The position numbers were made by a program, and so were the translations under genes. DNA of 63,552 nt, counting the filler, from Chlamydiia bacterium (lineage in GTDB: Bacteria; Chlamydiota; Chlamydiia; Chlamydiales; FEN-1388), in the NCBI GenBank assembly GCA_903848235.1. It is 8 parts of 8 records of this genome, joined end to end, with 100 filler letters (N's around TTAATTAATTAA, not from the genome) between each part and the next. Parts side by side here need not be neighbours in the genome. Positions count along the whole stretch, not along the records: positions 21,932 to 49,104 come from CAINFV010000134.1; 7 more parts are not named here. One strand, given 5' to 3'. The notes below the pieces were generated by a model, which saw only the letters and a program-made list of their open reading frames with translations, did not search any database and had not been told where the DNA came from. Shown here one piece after another: positions 28,133-38,081 of the stretch (its first letter is position 1; each line of letters starts with the position of its first letter).

Positions 28133-29189
28133 GAAGCCTCTCTGTGGTATTTTGGACTATTTCTTTCAAATATGGATCGGAAAAATGGTTATAGCGTTTG
28201 CTCATGATCGGTGACTTGTGTCCTAGAAGCGACATAAGGGCACTTGTATTAGCTCCTTGCATAGCAAAATGTGAAGCAGCCGTATGACGTAACGTATGAA
28301 ATGTTGCCCCTGTAATCCCCGCCTTTTTGAGTGAGGATTCGAAAGATGATCGTAGTCTCAGGTACCCGCGACTATTGCCAATACGTCTTATGGGAGGAAA
28401 CACGAGATTATCAAGAGATTTGTTCTTCAACTCCTGTAATAACACGATTATTTCATTCGAAATTGGAACGATACGGTCAGTCCCGTTCTTCGTGTGGTGA
28501 AGATTGATAAATCCAGCTTGAAGGTCTACCTGCTCCCACTCTAGCTCGATGATTTCGCTGTACCTCATTCCTAAAGCCACAGCCATAAGCACAACGGAAT
28601 ACAACTGTTTGTTCTTTGACCTCCTGCATACGTCAAGAAGGCGCTTCACTTCATCCACGGAAAGAAAGCGAGTCTTTCCAGAGGATTCTTTAAGCTTTCC
28701 AACGCGAGACATCGGAGAAACCTCGAGCAGACACCATTCACGAACGCATAGAGTCAATACTTTTGATAATGCAGCCAGGTATCTATTCACCGTGGCTCCT
28801 GACCTTGCTTTGCCCCGATAGGTCGTTTCAATAGACAGTTGATCTCGAAGCTCGGAGATAATAGCTGGCGTAATTTGATGGAGTTGTAGCTGCCCTATCT
28901 GCTTGCACCACCAATCCAAAAGCTGTCGTTGTTTCTGTACTCGATGAGGGTACTGCTTCAAATACACAGAGAGGTATCTGTCGGCGACGTCACTCAATGT
29001 ATGTTTCTTCGCTTCTCCAGAAATGACTGTCTTTCCTCGCCGCAGTTCAGACTCTGTCGACTGAATCCACTGCTTGGCCTCATCTCGTGTTGAAAATTTT
29101 TCAGAAATATAAGGGAAGCCCTTCAGACGAACCTCTGCGTAATAAACGGTTGAGTAGTCCTTATTTCTTCTTTTTCGAATCGAACCCAT
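28104..29189 (-). CDS. tyrosine recombinase/integrase
   Basis: GMRYSE, TKNG, FHTLRHTAAS, LLGHKS, RYNH; RBS AAGGAG upstream. Confidence 0.95.
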   Translation of the reverse strand: MGSIRKRRNKDYSTVYYAEVRLKGFPYISEKFSTRDEAKQWIQSTESELRRGKTVISGEAKKHTLSDVADRYLSVYLKQYPHRVQKQRQLLDWWCKQIGQLQLHQITPAIISELRDQLSIETTYRGKARSGATVNRYLAALSKVLTLCVREWCLLEVSPMSRVGKLKESSGKTRFLSVDEVKRLLDVCRRSKNKQLYSVVLMAVALGMRYSEIIELEWEQVDLQAGFINLHHTKNGTDRIVPISNEIIVLLQELKNKSLDNLVFPPIRRIGNSRGYLRLRSSFESSLKKAGITGATFHTLRHTAASHFAMQGANTSALMSLLGHKSPIMSKRYNHFSDPYLKEIVQNTTERLLDEKNDEQK

Positions 29190-29323
29190 TCATATCTCCT
29201 TTGGTAAGAACGCGGGCATCGTATGATGCATCCCGAAAAATGTAAAGCAAGAGACATACAATCCCTCGCCCTTTCGCCGACTTCCCTAGATAAAAAGCGA
29301 CACCATCAGCTAAAAAACAGTCA

Positions 29324-29666
29324 TTTTCCGTAATTTTTCCGTAGTGAAAGCGGCTTTCCAAACAGGATAAAAAACAAAACTGCCTCGAGAATGCTACCTG
29401 AACACGTTTGGTCAATTGGTCAATCGTTGTTTTTTTGGTGGTCAAATTCAGAAAGTTAGAAAAACACGTTGTAAATGCATTTTGGAGCCGTTTGGTCAAC
29501 ATGGCCAACGTGGTCAACGCAAAAACATAAGGGGCGGAATGCGCAAACGGCAAGAATTGAATCAATAGCAATTTTTTGAGCAATATGACAGCAAAACAGC
29601 CTTGGACTAAGCCGACAAAGGCTGAGAACAGAAATGATGGGGGCATTACGGAAAAATTACGGAAAA
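29324..29666. repeat. arm-type and short direct repeats upstream of the integrase
   Basis: TTTTCCGTA x2 (29324-29343) inverted to ATTACGGAAAA x2 (29645-29666); six TGG(T/C)CAA copies between 29409 and 29517. Confidence 0.7.
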
Positions 29667-29782
29667 CGAGGCGTGGTAGGCTACCACACGATGGCCACAA
29701 AACGGCCTGAAGAGCAAGTATGGGGGCAATTGGACGCCTTTAGAACTTTTGATTGGAATGCGCTCTTCATTCCACTCCTCAT

Positions 29783-30277
29783 CTAATCATTTATTCTTTT
29801 CACATCCAAAAGCATGGGAGTATAGTGATGGGCGGTGTGAGCATGAAACAGACACCCCTCGACAGAGACTTGTTGATGCTCATAATCCCGACAGAACTTC
29901 TCCATCTCTTTATCAAGTACAAGTACAATTTCACTCGAATTGGGCCACTTAAGAATGTCTTTAAAATCAAGCCCAAGCTCTTTAACGGGGGTGCCCAAGG
30001 CGAGAAGGAATGAGGGTTTGTCTAATTCTAAAATCCAACAATAGTCCACTCTATCCCCATTTTCAACAGATGAATATTCTGGAGGTCCAGGAAATTGTTT
30101 CAAGCTCAATTTACCCGTAATCGTAACCAATGGTTCTGAAAAGGCCTCGAGATCCAAAGTAGATTCTGTAGATCTTGAATGGATCCATATATTCAAAAAG
30201 TAATATGCTATGGGCAACCCAACGAATAAGCCAAAACAGCAAAGTAGCAACGTAATCTTGTAATTTTTTCGTCTCAT
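29783..30277 (-). CDS. DUF4431-like membrane-anchored protein
   Basis: N-terminal TM; VTITGKL..FPGPPEYSSVENGD..WIL.LDKP; G.LFHAHTAHHYTPMLLDV. Confidence 0.7.
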   Translation of the reverse strand: MRRKNYKITLLLCCFGLFVGLPIAYYFLNIWIHSRSTESTLDLEAFSEPLVTITGKLSLKQFPGPPEYSSVENGDRVDYCWILELDKPSFLLALGTPVKELGLDFKDILKWPNSSEIVLVLDKEMEKFCRDYEHQQVSVEGCLFHAHTAHHYTPMLLDVKRIND

Positions 30278-30969
30278 CTTTGTGCTATCAACTCAAATGG
30301 ATTGGATCTAAATTCAGGACGAAGGTAGATAGTGCCTTTTTTCAGGTGGACGACGATAGCGTGCAATCTACCTTCAATAGCCATTTTGATGGCATCTTGT
30401 TTAGCGAACCAGGACGAACCATTTCCGCTGTTGATCAAGTATTCCGTTATTACATTATGTTTTTTATGAACACCAGAAATAATCCATTTCTCAATAAAAT
30501 CTTCTTCCCCAACCTCCCATTTTTCTACTTTTTCAATTGCTCTCCAAAACATTTCAAATTCTTTATCACTGAGCGATTTGATAGTACGTTCAGGATCGAA
30601 CTTTGTAATCTTTACAATTTCGTCAATATAGCTTGGATTGGTACTATCGTATCTTTTCATAGCAGCCCGTAACGTCAAAGGGGTGTAGACAGACCCTCTC
30701 AACATAACAACGAGGGCTTCATGCCCAGTTTCATAGTCTGGAAATATTGCATATTCATTCGCGCCGTCGCCAGCAGTGCCTATTGATCGTCGATCTTTTC
30801 CTCTGGTATATGGACTCGCCAATAGATTGCCAGGGTTATTACATCTCCAAGACCTTTTCCCTCCACTTCGAATGGTCATGTTCCCTTTTTCATCAAAATA
30901 TTGAACAGTAAACATACTCTTCGGGTCACCAACATTAGGTGGGCCTGCTTGAGCTCTTATGAAAACCAT
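30274..30969 (-). CDS. lysozyme-like (NNPGN) domain plus DUF3892-like C-terminus
   Basis: GGKRSWRCNNPGNL, YAIFPDYETGHEAL, Y..LTL; C-terminal KQDAIKMAIEG..YLR. Confidence 0.6.
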   Translation of the reverse strand: MVFIRAQAGPPNVGDPKSMFTVQYFDEKGNMTIRSGGKRSWRCNNPGNLLASPYTRGKDRRSIGTAGDGANEYAIFPDYETGHEALVVMLRGSVYTPLTLRAAMKRYDSTNPSYIDEIVKITKFDPERTIKSLSDKEFEMFWRAIEKVEKWEVGEEDFIEKWIISGVHKKHNVITEYLINSGNGSSWFAKQDAIKMAIEGRLHAIVVHLKKGTIYLRPEFRSNPFELIAQR

Positions 30970-31046
30970 GTCGCACCTCTCATAGACAGTTTCTGATCAA
31001 AAATAAGGAACACTCCAGAGACCCTTTAGGGCCAACCTTCATACGA

Positions 31047-31901
31047 TTATTTAAAATCTGTTGCTTGACGAAGCCATTCGTTAATTTTCTCGATTACGTG
31101 CGCGATTTTATCAGGTAATTGTTCTAGTAATGACAAAGAATGATGATAGCGCTCCCAATACATCTGAAGCCTTGAAAGTTGGGAGACATCAAATCGAATG
31201 GGTAAATAAAGCCTCGTCTTCCTATGCCAAAAAACAGCCCGTATCGCGCGTTCCGATTCAACACCATCCAATACATGTTCTGCACGAACCAAGGTCAGAA
31301 GGTCATGGTAGTCCTTCATGCGACTATTTTCAGCCCCTCGATGGATCACTGTTTCCAGCTTTTCAGCAAAAACAAATTCTAGTGGATAGCATTGCAGTGA
31401 AAGGGACGATTCGAAAAGAGGTCCTTTCGAGTTGGCTGAGAGAATAATGTTTTTCTCTTGGACAGCAACAACGTCTCCGAATCCCAGGTCGATAAAGAGA
31501 GGAAACTGGGCTTTTCCAAAATGCACCCCAATTCGTACCTGAGCACCCACATACTTCATGTGAAAGTGATCAAGTGGCACAACCCTTGGATTCACAAAAG
31601 TGAAGCCATCCACAACCTGAATTGAGACGATTTCGTCAAAGACCTTTTGAAGCGCATGAATCTCGTTACCCAAACGCTGAACAGCAAAGTCAAGATCCTG
31701 TGTTTCTCTACCCAGTCTTAGGTGTTTTGCCAAAAGGGTTCCCCCCTTCAAAACAAAGTGAGAGCCATATGGAGAGCTGCATAGTCGGACAAGAAATCGC
31801 TCAGCAATGACATTGTGCCAGACTTCAGCTGGCGTCAAGCTTCGCTCTTTCGCTATGTTGTGCAACCGTTTTTTGAAGGACTGTTCAAACGACGAATTCA
31901 T
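31047..31901 (-). CDS. abiEii: AbiEii nucleotidyltransferase toxin (type IV TA)
   Basis: ERFLVRL, FVLKGG, RETQDLDF, AEKLE, NSRMKDYHDL. Confidence 0.9.
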   Translation of the reverse strand: MNSSFEQSFKKRLHNIAKERSLTPAEVWHNVIAERFLVRLCSSPYGSHFVLKGGTLLAKHLRLGRETQDLDFAVQRLGNEIHALQKVFDEIVSIQVVDGFTFVNPRVVPLDHFHMKYVGAQVRIGVHFGKAQFPLFIDLGFGDVVAVQEKNIILSANSKGPLFESSLSLQCYPLEFVFAEKLETVIHRGAENSRMKDYHDLLTLVRAEHVLDGVESERAIRAVFWHRKTRLYLPIRFDVSQLSRLQMYWERYHHSLSLLEQLPDKIAHVIEKINEWLRQATDFK

Positions 31902-32494
31902 GTAGTCAGTGCCATCACATAATGGGCGATAGAAACTTTCAAGAGTGTCGCATATTTTGAAAGTTTTTGTATATCAGGTTTTGAGCCTCCAGACATTCTC
32001 AGGTACATTTGCAGAGCCTTAATGGCCACTTCATGACTCAAATACCGAAAGGCATCAATTACGGTTCTTTCGCGATCGAAAATCTTCACTGAATATTTTC
32101 CAATTTTCACTTTTGTCTGCCCAAGAGTCATATTTCTCATTCGGACAATGCGTGTGTGCGGCCGTTTCGGGCTTCGGTCTCTGTTTGGAACAGCTATCCA
32201 GTATTCTCTCATGATCTGGTCGGTAAGATTGTAATAGCATAGCGCTGAGATAAGGCAAATGACTCCATGAGGGATACTCGAAGCAGTCAATACAAGTTCT
32301 TCAAAGTCCAGCCCGACGTCAGTGGGAATATCGAGAACACGATAAAGTCCTCGACTAACTCTTTCAATCCTGCCTTTTTGGCAATAGTACGCAAGCATAC
32401 GTGAAGGAATCCCGAGAGTGCGTGCTTCGCATGCCTTGAAAATCGGCATTTGAAGAAGGACCGCAAGAGCGGTTGCATACTTTGAGTTTTTCAT
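31898..32494 (-). CDS. abiEi: AbiEi antitoxin (type IV TA)
   Basis: IERVSRGLY, GVICLISAL.YY.LTDQI, ERTVIDAFRY. Confidence 0.88.
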   Translation of the reverse strand: MKNSKYATALAVLLQMPIFKACEARTLGIPSRMLAYYCQKGRIERVSRGLYRVLDIPTDVGLDFEELVLTASSIPHGVICLISALCYYNLTDQIMREYWIAVPNRDRSPKRPHTRIVRMRNMTLGQTKVKIGKYSVKIFDRERTVIDAFRYLSHEVAIKALQMYLRMSGGSKPDIQKLSKYATLLKVSIAHYVMALTT

Positions 32495-32659
32495 ATTTGA
32501 CATGTAACACATGCACTCAAAAAGAGTCAATGAGTGCGCATATTTCACATATAGATACCAGCAATTTCATGGTTTCTGCACGAGTTTGTCTCGCCCCAGG
32601 TAATTGTCATCGACCGGTCATGATAATTGTCGCGCCATACGACGATATGTTTTTCTTCG

Positions 32660-33688
32660 CTAAAGGGCTCTTATCACAATATCTTTCAGGTATTGATTCC
32701 GAAAATCTGTTTTTTGTCCGATTTTTGCTCTTCCGTCAGATACAAATCGAGCAGCAAGCGGTTTGTTGTATTTCTCAGCAAGACCTTTGATTAAAGATAG
32801 AATTTCTCCTACTCGCCCCCTATCCTCATCAAGACCAATCGGATACACATCAATCCCAAGTCCAGAATGCAAGGACAGAAATAGATTTCTTTCTATTGAA
32901 AAATTCCCCCTTTCATACTCTTCGGCTAAGGAAAAGTCTTCAACGCAGGGGAGCATGAGTCCGCACAGACCGATTGGCTTAGGATTGTGATTCCTCAAAA
33001 ACTTAGTAATTTTGAGGTAGAAGTCTGTTACTGTTGTGGGCGAGAACCCTCGAGGGGACAACCGATTTACAAAATTAATAAAACTACTTTTTCCAGAAAA
33101 CAGGGGCGCTACCGATGAATCTATTCCTAAAAATCCGGAGTCAGGCCCAAACATTTCATGTATCTCTAACCAGCAACGTTGCATATTGCCTAACCACTGG
33201 TCAAGCGAAGTGCAGCCTTCTGACAAGTCTGTGCTTTGAAGGCCTATTGAGAAACCCTCTTGAACATAGGCCGCAGAAGGAAAAAATGGGCTAGAAGGCC
33301 TATTGTTGAAAACATATGTAAAATTGAAGGTTTTCGAAGCATTTCGAGAAATGATTTCAAACAATAAATCCACAAAGTATTCGTCGATTTTATCTTGATG
33401 ACACAGCTCTACATTGAACGAAACATTTTCAGAACGAACAAATTCATCGAATTGCAACTCAACTTGAGCCTTGTTCAATGTACCAACGCTCAAAAGCATA
33501 CCAGGCGTTTCAAGTAATCCAATCTCTCTGATTGACGTAGGGGCGCAAAGCCTTCTTGTTTGTATTTCATAACCAGCTCGCTGGAGATTTAATTCAACTT
33601 CATCTAACTTTTGTCCGATTTCTGAATAAGGCTTTTTGGAAAAAAAACAAACAGACCTGACGATTTTCGTCATAATATTGACCTCCAT
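32660..33688 (-). CDS. DUF711 family protein
   Basis: GIDSSVAP, GLCGLMLPCVEDFSLA, SGLGIDVYPI, KPLAARF. Confidence 0.75.
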   Translation of the reverse strand: MEVNIMTKIVRSVCFFSKKPYSEIGQKLDEVELNLQRAGYEIQTRRLCAPTSIREIGLLETPGMLLSVGTLNKAQVELQFDEFVRSENVSFNVELCHQDKIDEYFVDLLFEIISRNASKTFNFTYVFNNRPSSPFFPSAAYVQEGFSIGLQSTDLSEGCTSLDQWLGNMQRCWLEIHEMFGPDSGFLGIDSSVAPLFSGKSSFINFVNRLSPRGFSPTTVTDFYLKITKFLRNHNPKPIGLCGLMLPCVEDFSLAEEYERGNFSIERNLFLSLHSGLGIDVYPIGLDEDRGRVGEILSLIKGLAEKYNKPLAARFVSDGRAKIGQKTDFRNQYLKDIVIRAL

Positions 33689-33737
33689 CTAAATCTTTGA
33701 TACTGGCCGAAAATCCATGATCAAGATTAATAAACAA

Positions 33738-34604
33738 CTATTTTTTACCGATCGCCATAATATGTGAACTCATTCCTAGAACGGATTCATCCTGTTCAGA
33801 CGCATTAATAATTCTAACGAAATCTTGAAAAACTGCTTCGTCCACAATGTTCTCATCGGTCACGGGACTCCCCAATCCCTCCACACCATGGAGGGAAACC
33901 TCGTTGAATCCTGTTTGCTCCAGCTCCTTTTTTAGTTCCGCTGGGTAATGGCTATAAAATACAGCGTCTCGATATTCGAATTGACCGTTCGTTAATGAAC
34001 CAAAGATAGCTGTCTCTAAGTCGGGTGTCATTTTCCCTTTCTTAAGATAAGAATTGATAGGAGCATATCGCGACACTGCTACTGCAAACAAGGTTCCACC
34101 ACTCTTCAAAACTCTGTAAGCTTCTGATAAGGCAACCTCACGATCGGCATGGTTAAGATGGTAGAGAGGACCAAAAAATAAGACAACATCAGCACTCTGA
34201 TCACTCATTTCTATTTTCCGAGCGTCTCCCAAGAGGTACCCCAATGGCGCTTTCCCAGTTACGGTTTTCCCTATTTTTTTAGCCTCCTCTATGTGGTAAG
34301 CAACCGGATCAATCAGATACACGGCATATCCCCGTTTGGCCAAATCGAAGGTGTATATGCCAGTGCCTCCACCAACATCCAAAATGGTGGCAGGAGGTTG
34401 CGGTAAAAATTGTTCGAGCAATTTTTCAGTCCTGAGCTTTTCCAGGCGTCCAGTACCTTTTTTCAGTCGCTCTCTTTCTATGCCACTTTCATAAAATTTT
34501 TGAACGCCCTCAGAAAGAGCGGTCTCTTTTGCTTGAAGAAACGAACTCGTTACTATGTTCATAGAAAAAACCAATATTAAAAAGGCCAATACACGATTAC
34601 CCAT
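33738..34604 (-). CDS. class I SAM-dependent methyltransferase
   Basis: ILDVGGGTG, GDAR, DVVLFFGPLYHL, EAYRVLKSGG; signal-like N-terminus. Confidence 0.9.
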   Translation of the reverse strand: MGNRVLAFLILVFSMNIVTSSFLQAKETALSEGVQKFYESGIERERLKKGTGRLEKLRTEKLLEQFLPQPPATILDVGGGTGIYTFDLAKRGYAVYLIDPVAYHIEEAKKIGKTVTGKAPLGYLLGDARKIEMSDQSADVVLFFGPLYHLNHADREVALSEAYRVLKSGGTLFAVAVSRYAPINSYLKKGKMTPDLETAIFGSLTNGQFEYRDAVFYSHYPAELKKELEQTGFNEVSLHGVEGLGSPVTDENIVDEAVFQDFVRIINASEQDESVLGMSSHIMAIGKK

Positions 34605-34676
34605 GATTCACTCATTTAATTATAAATTAACACCTAATTAAGTTTGTCTTTTGCAAAGAAGCGATTTTATCACAAA

Positions 34677-35933
34677 TTAGATTTTTTGTGCACAAGTTCG
34701 CAACTCCCGCAACAGATCCTTGGCATCCCTCACCCAAACTCGAGTGCCTCTAAAATAAAAAGTCGCCCCGTGAACCTTTCCAAAAAATGCTTGCTTAAGC
34801 TCCTTGGGTAGTTTAATCCGATTTATACACTTGGAAGCCGACTCCCATTTATATATCAGGTTTGCCCTCCTTTCACCCTCACGTTTGTCTTCAAAGAGAT
34901 CCTTCACAAATCTAAACACCCCAGATCCTTCTCCGCCTGCTTCCTCATGAAAAGCCTGAATGAAGAATTTTTCAGCCATTTGATTTTCAAACATTGCCTG
35001 CACCCACAGCTCATTCCCATCCAGAATAAGCTCAAAGGTTGTCACAGGCTCCTTTGGGCATGGAGGGACATTTTCTTTATGTCCACAAATGTGAGTACTA
35101 ATCGCGTTGATAAGCACCCTCAGACCATTCTGAAAAAGGTCTTTTGTAAAAATAACAGGTGTTGACTGGGCCTCAACACGGTCTCTGCCAGCAGCAATTT
35201 CCTTCCAAGCAAACTTATAGCAGATGGTTTGAAAATGGAAGCCATGATTCTTTCCATGCTGCGATGCTTCAACATGCTCAAAATACAGCTCAGGGGTACT
35301 CCAGCACCAAATCGCTCCTTCAAAGTACCACCACACAATGGCAGGGTCATAGAATCTGTTTAAATAGACATCCTCTATAGCAGTGAAGGCGTCGACAACA
35401 GATGGCGCAAAGGAAAACTCCCCTATATAGACTTCTTCTTCAAGCTCACTTATGGAGCCTCTGGAGACGTATTTTTTGCAGGAGGCTAGCTTTGCATACT
35501 TTGTGCACAAATCTCTCTGCCCCGCCCCTAACAAGAGCTGGAGCAGCTGTTTTATCTCATCATAGAGAACCTGATACAGAGGGGGGCCATACCATTGCTT
35601 CTGACTCACTACCAGGCGATCAAGAAGGGCTATTTGCTGGAGGACCCTTTCATTATCAATGGAGCTAATCACCCTTTTGATCTCATGGAACACTTCCTTT
35701 GTCTCTGCCATAGCATGGACTTCAGCATCTTGGATTTGCTGATTCAGATGATCACGTCGTTCCCTCCACTCCACTCTTAAGGGCTCTATAGTTGCCTCCT
35801 CAGCGATGAATGGCAACACCTCCTGGCAAAAAAATCTGACAAGGCCCTCTCTGCTGGCCATCTCTTGAGATTGTTTTTCAAAACGCTCAAGACATTTCAA
35901 TAGAAGGAGTGACGATGAAGTCTGAGAGCTCAT
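34677..35933 (-). CDS. hypothetical protein
   Basis: 418-aa ORF divergent from the primase-helicase operon. Confidence 0.65.
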   Translation of the reverse strand: MSSQTSSSLLLLKCLERFEKQSQEMASREGLVRFFCQEVLPFIAEEATIEPLRVEWRERRDHLNQQIQDAEVHAMAETKEVFHEIKRVISSIDNERVLQQIALLDRLVVSQKQWYGPPLYQVLYDEIKQLLQLLLGAGQRDLCTKYAKLASCKKYVSRGSISELEEEVYIGEFSFAPSVVDAFTAIEDVYLNRFYDPAIVWWYFEGAIWCWSTPELYFEHVEASQHGKNHGFHFQTICYKFAWKEIAAGRDRVEAQSTPVIFTKDLFQNGLRVLINAISTHICGHKENVPPCPKEPVTTFELILDGNELWVQAMFENQMAEKFFIQAFHEEAGGEGSGVFRFVKDLFEDKREGERRANLIYKWESASKCINRIKLPKELKQAFFGKVHGATFYFRGTRVWVRDAKDLLRELRTCAQKI

Positions 35934-36109
35934 AATGACTACTTATTTTTTCATTCATAATCGCATTTCAGTCTCATAAACACTGATCATTTTGCGATTG
36001 TTGCAAATTCGTCCTGCACTTTATCGCAATAGTTTCTTGTTTTCCATGGTTTCAATCTCAGTTGCGTCCAAAAAAATTTCCAATAAAGGAAATCTTTTAA
36101 AATAGGGGT

Positions 36110-36292
36110 ATGAAAAAGAAAAGATCAAGACATTGCCCCCTCACACCAGCACCACAAATGGATGACACAGTCATTCCTCAAAGGGAACTGCTAGGGCGTT
36201 TTTTTGATCTTCTACTTCGAATAGACAACCGCAATAACCCAGAACTGTATGGGGAACATATAGGCTCTGACAATAAGGAATTAACACCATGA
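36110..36292 (+). CDS. small hypothetical protein
   Basis: 60 aa; ATGA overlap with the primase-helicase start. Confidence 0.5.
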   Translation: MKKKRSRHCPLTPAPQMDDTVIPQRELLGRFFDLLLRIDNRNNPELYGEHIGSDNKELTP

Positions 36293-38007
36293 TAATACAA
36301 GATTTTTTACAATGCCTTGAATCTAAAACTGGCCATGTGGCCAAAACGTCAGGTGATGGATATTCAACATGCTGCCCATCCCATGATGACTCAACCCCAA
36401 GCCTTTCCATATCAGAAGGAACTGATGGAAAAGTATTAGTCAACTGTTTTGCTGGTTGTTCTCCAGAGAACATCTGCCAATCACTTGGGATTAATCTCTC
36501 AGACCTCTTTCCAGAAAAAATTCAGCCTGTGGATATACCTGCGAGGCAAAAGACCTTACACCTATATCAAGATGAAAATGGGAACATCTTGTTTCACAAA
36601 GTTCGTATTGAACCTGGCTTCGATGGCAAGGAGAAGAGCTTTTATTGTGAACGCACCGACGAAAATGGAGAAGTTGTTAAAAGCTTGAGAGGATGCAGAA
36701 AGGTCCTCTATAGGCTCCCAGAGCTACAAAAAGCCATAGCAGCTAACAAAGTCATATTTTTGGTTGAGGGTGAGAAAGACGTCGACAAACTGATCAGCTA
36801 TGGATTGGCAGCCACGACCTCTCCTGAATCACTCAAATGGAGCAAAGAGTTTTCGCTCTCTCTACAACAGGCTGACATCGTCATTCTTTACGACATGGAC
36901 AAAACTGGATATGAGCGAAGGGATTTGCTCTGTAAAGAGCTCTACAGGACCGTGAAAAGGCTTCGTGTTGTTGCCCTACCTGGACTGGAATATCAAGAGT
37001 CCCATGGGAAGGACATTAGCGACTGGCTACAGGAGGGACATACGACAGACCAGTTGATGGACCTCGTTTCTCACACTCACGATTTTGCAAAAATTCCAAA
37101 AGGAAAAGGTATTCGAGCTGTTTCTTTAGAAGAATTTTTGAGTATCGAGCTCCCAAGGCAGGAGATGCTCCTCCATCCTTTCTTGCCAACTCAAGGGTTA
37201 TGTCTTCTCTATGCAAAGCGCGGCGTGGGGAAAACACATGTGGCTCTTGGAATTGGGTATGCAGTGGCAACAGGAGGCACATTCCTGAAATGGTCAGCTC
37301 CTGTGGCTAAAAAGGTGCTGTACATTGACGGCGAGATGCCAGCCGCTGCTATGCAGGAGAGACTGAAGAGAATCTCTAACACAGAAAATCTGAAACCTCC
37401 AGACCCAAGCTTCTTTCGATTGATTACCCCAGATCTTCAAGACACCCCAATGCCTGATCTATCAACAAAGGAAGGACGCGATACCCTAGAAGAATTTGTT
37501 CAAGAAAGTGATCTTGTCATCATCGACAACATCTCCACTCTCTTTCGCAGTGGTGTCGAAAATGAAGCTGAAAGCTGGCAACCTGTGCAAGATTGGGCCC
37601 TTGATTTGAGGAGAAGAGGGAAATCAGTTCTTTTCATTCACCATGCAGCAAAGGCAGGACAGCAAAGAGGGACAAGCAAGAGGGAAGACATACTCGACAC
37701 AGTGATCACGTTGAAGCAACCGCAGGGGTATTGCGCAGACCAGGGAGCCTGCTTTGATGTTACATTTGAAAAAACACGACACTTCTCTGGTGAGGATGCA
37801 GCACCATTCCAGGTACGCCTAAAGGCCCAAGACGATGGGGTCTGGTTGTGGATCATCGACAAAATCGCCCCTGATACTGACCTTCTCGAGGTAGCGAATG
37901 CCTTACGAGAGGGGCTGACGATTGAAGAGACAGCACAGAAAACAGGACTGACAAAGTCCCAGGTAGAGACAAGAAAGAAAAAAGCTAAACAACAAAACCT
38001 TTTATGA
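36289..38007 (+). CDS. primase-helicase (zinc finger, TOPRIM, RepA/AAA_25-type)
   Basis: CCPSHDD..CFAGC; LVEGEKDVD; AKRGVGKT; VLYIDGEM; IIDNIS; HHAAK..QRGTS. Confidence 0.9.
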   Translation: MIIQDFLQCLESKTGHVAKTSGDGYSTCCPSHDDSTPSLSISEGTDGKVLVNCFAGCSPENICQSLGINLSDLFPEKIQPVDIPARQKTLHLYQDENGNILFHKVRIEPGFDGKEKSFYCERTDENGEVVKSLRGCRKVLYRLPELQKAIAANKVIFLVEGEKDVDKLISYGLAATTSPESLKWSKEFSLSLQQADIVILYDMDKTGYERRDLLCKELYRTVKRLRVVALPGLEYQESHGKDISDWLQEGHTTDQLMDLVSHTHDFAKIPKGKGIRAVSLEEFLSIELPRQEMLLHPFLPTQGLCLLYAKRGVGKTHVALGIGYAVATGGTFLKWSAPVAKKVLYIDGEMPAAAMQERLKRISNTENLKPPDPSFFRLITPDLQDTPMPDLSTKEGRDTLEEFVQESDLVIIDNISTLFRSGVENEAESWQPVQDWALDLRRRGKSVLFIHHAAKAGQQRGTSKREDILDTVITLKQPQGYCADQGACFDVTFEKTRHFSGEDAAPFQVRLKAQDDGVWLWIIDKIAPDTDLLEVANALREGLTIEETAQKTGLTKSQVETRKKKAKQQNLL

Positions 38008-38081
38008 ATGACACACAAATTTCCGAATTTCCGATCTCTATAGGGAAATCAGAAATCGGAAATGAAAAAGGAGGCACACCT

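Larger units (their letters stand above)
23063..29700 (-). mobile_element. tyrosine-integrase integrative element (phage-satellite-like); left boundary not located
   Basis: Co-oriented integrase, orphan, small HTH, DUF927-like helicase, primase, orphan and HGGxSTG genes; abuts the tRNA-Tyr-derived core at 29720. Confidence 0.75.

Noticed and set aside
29161..29700. 179-aa ORF upstream of the integrase
   Set aside because: Spans the repeat-rich arm region and has no recognisable protein features; likely non-coding.
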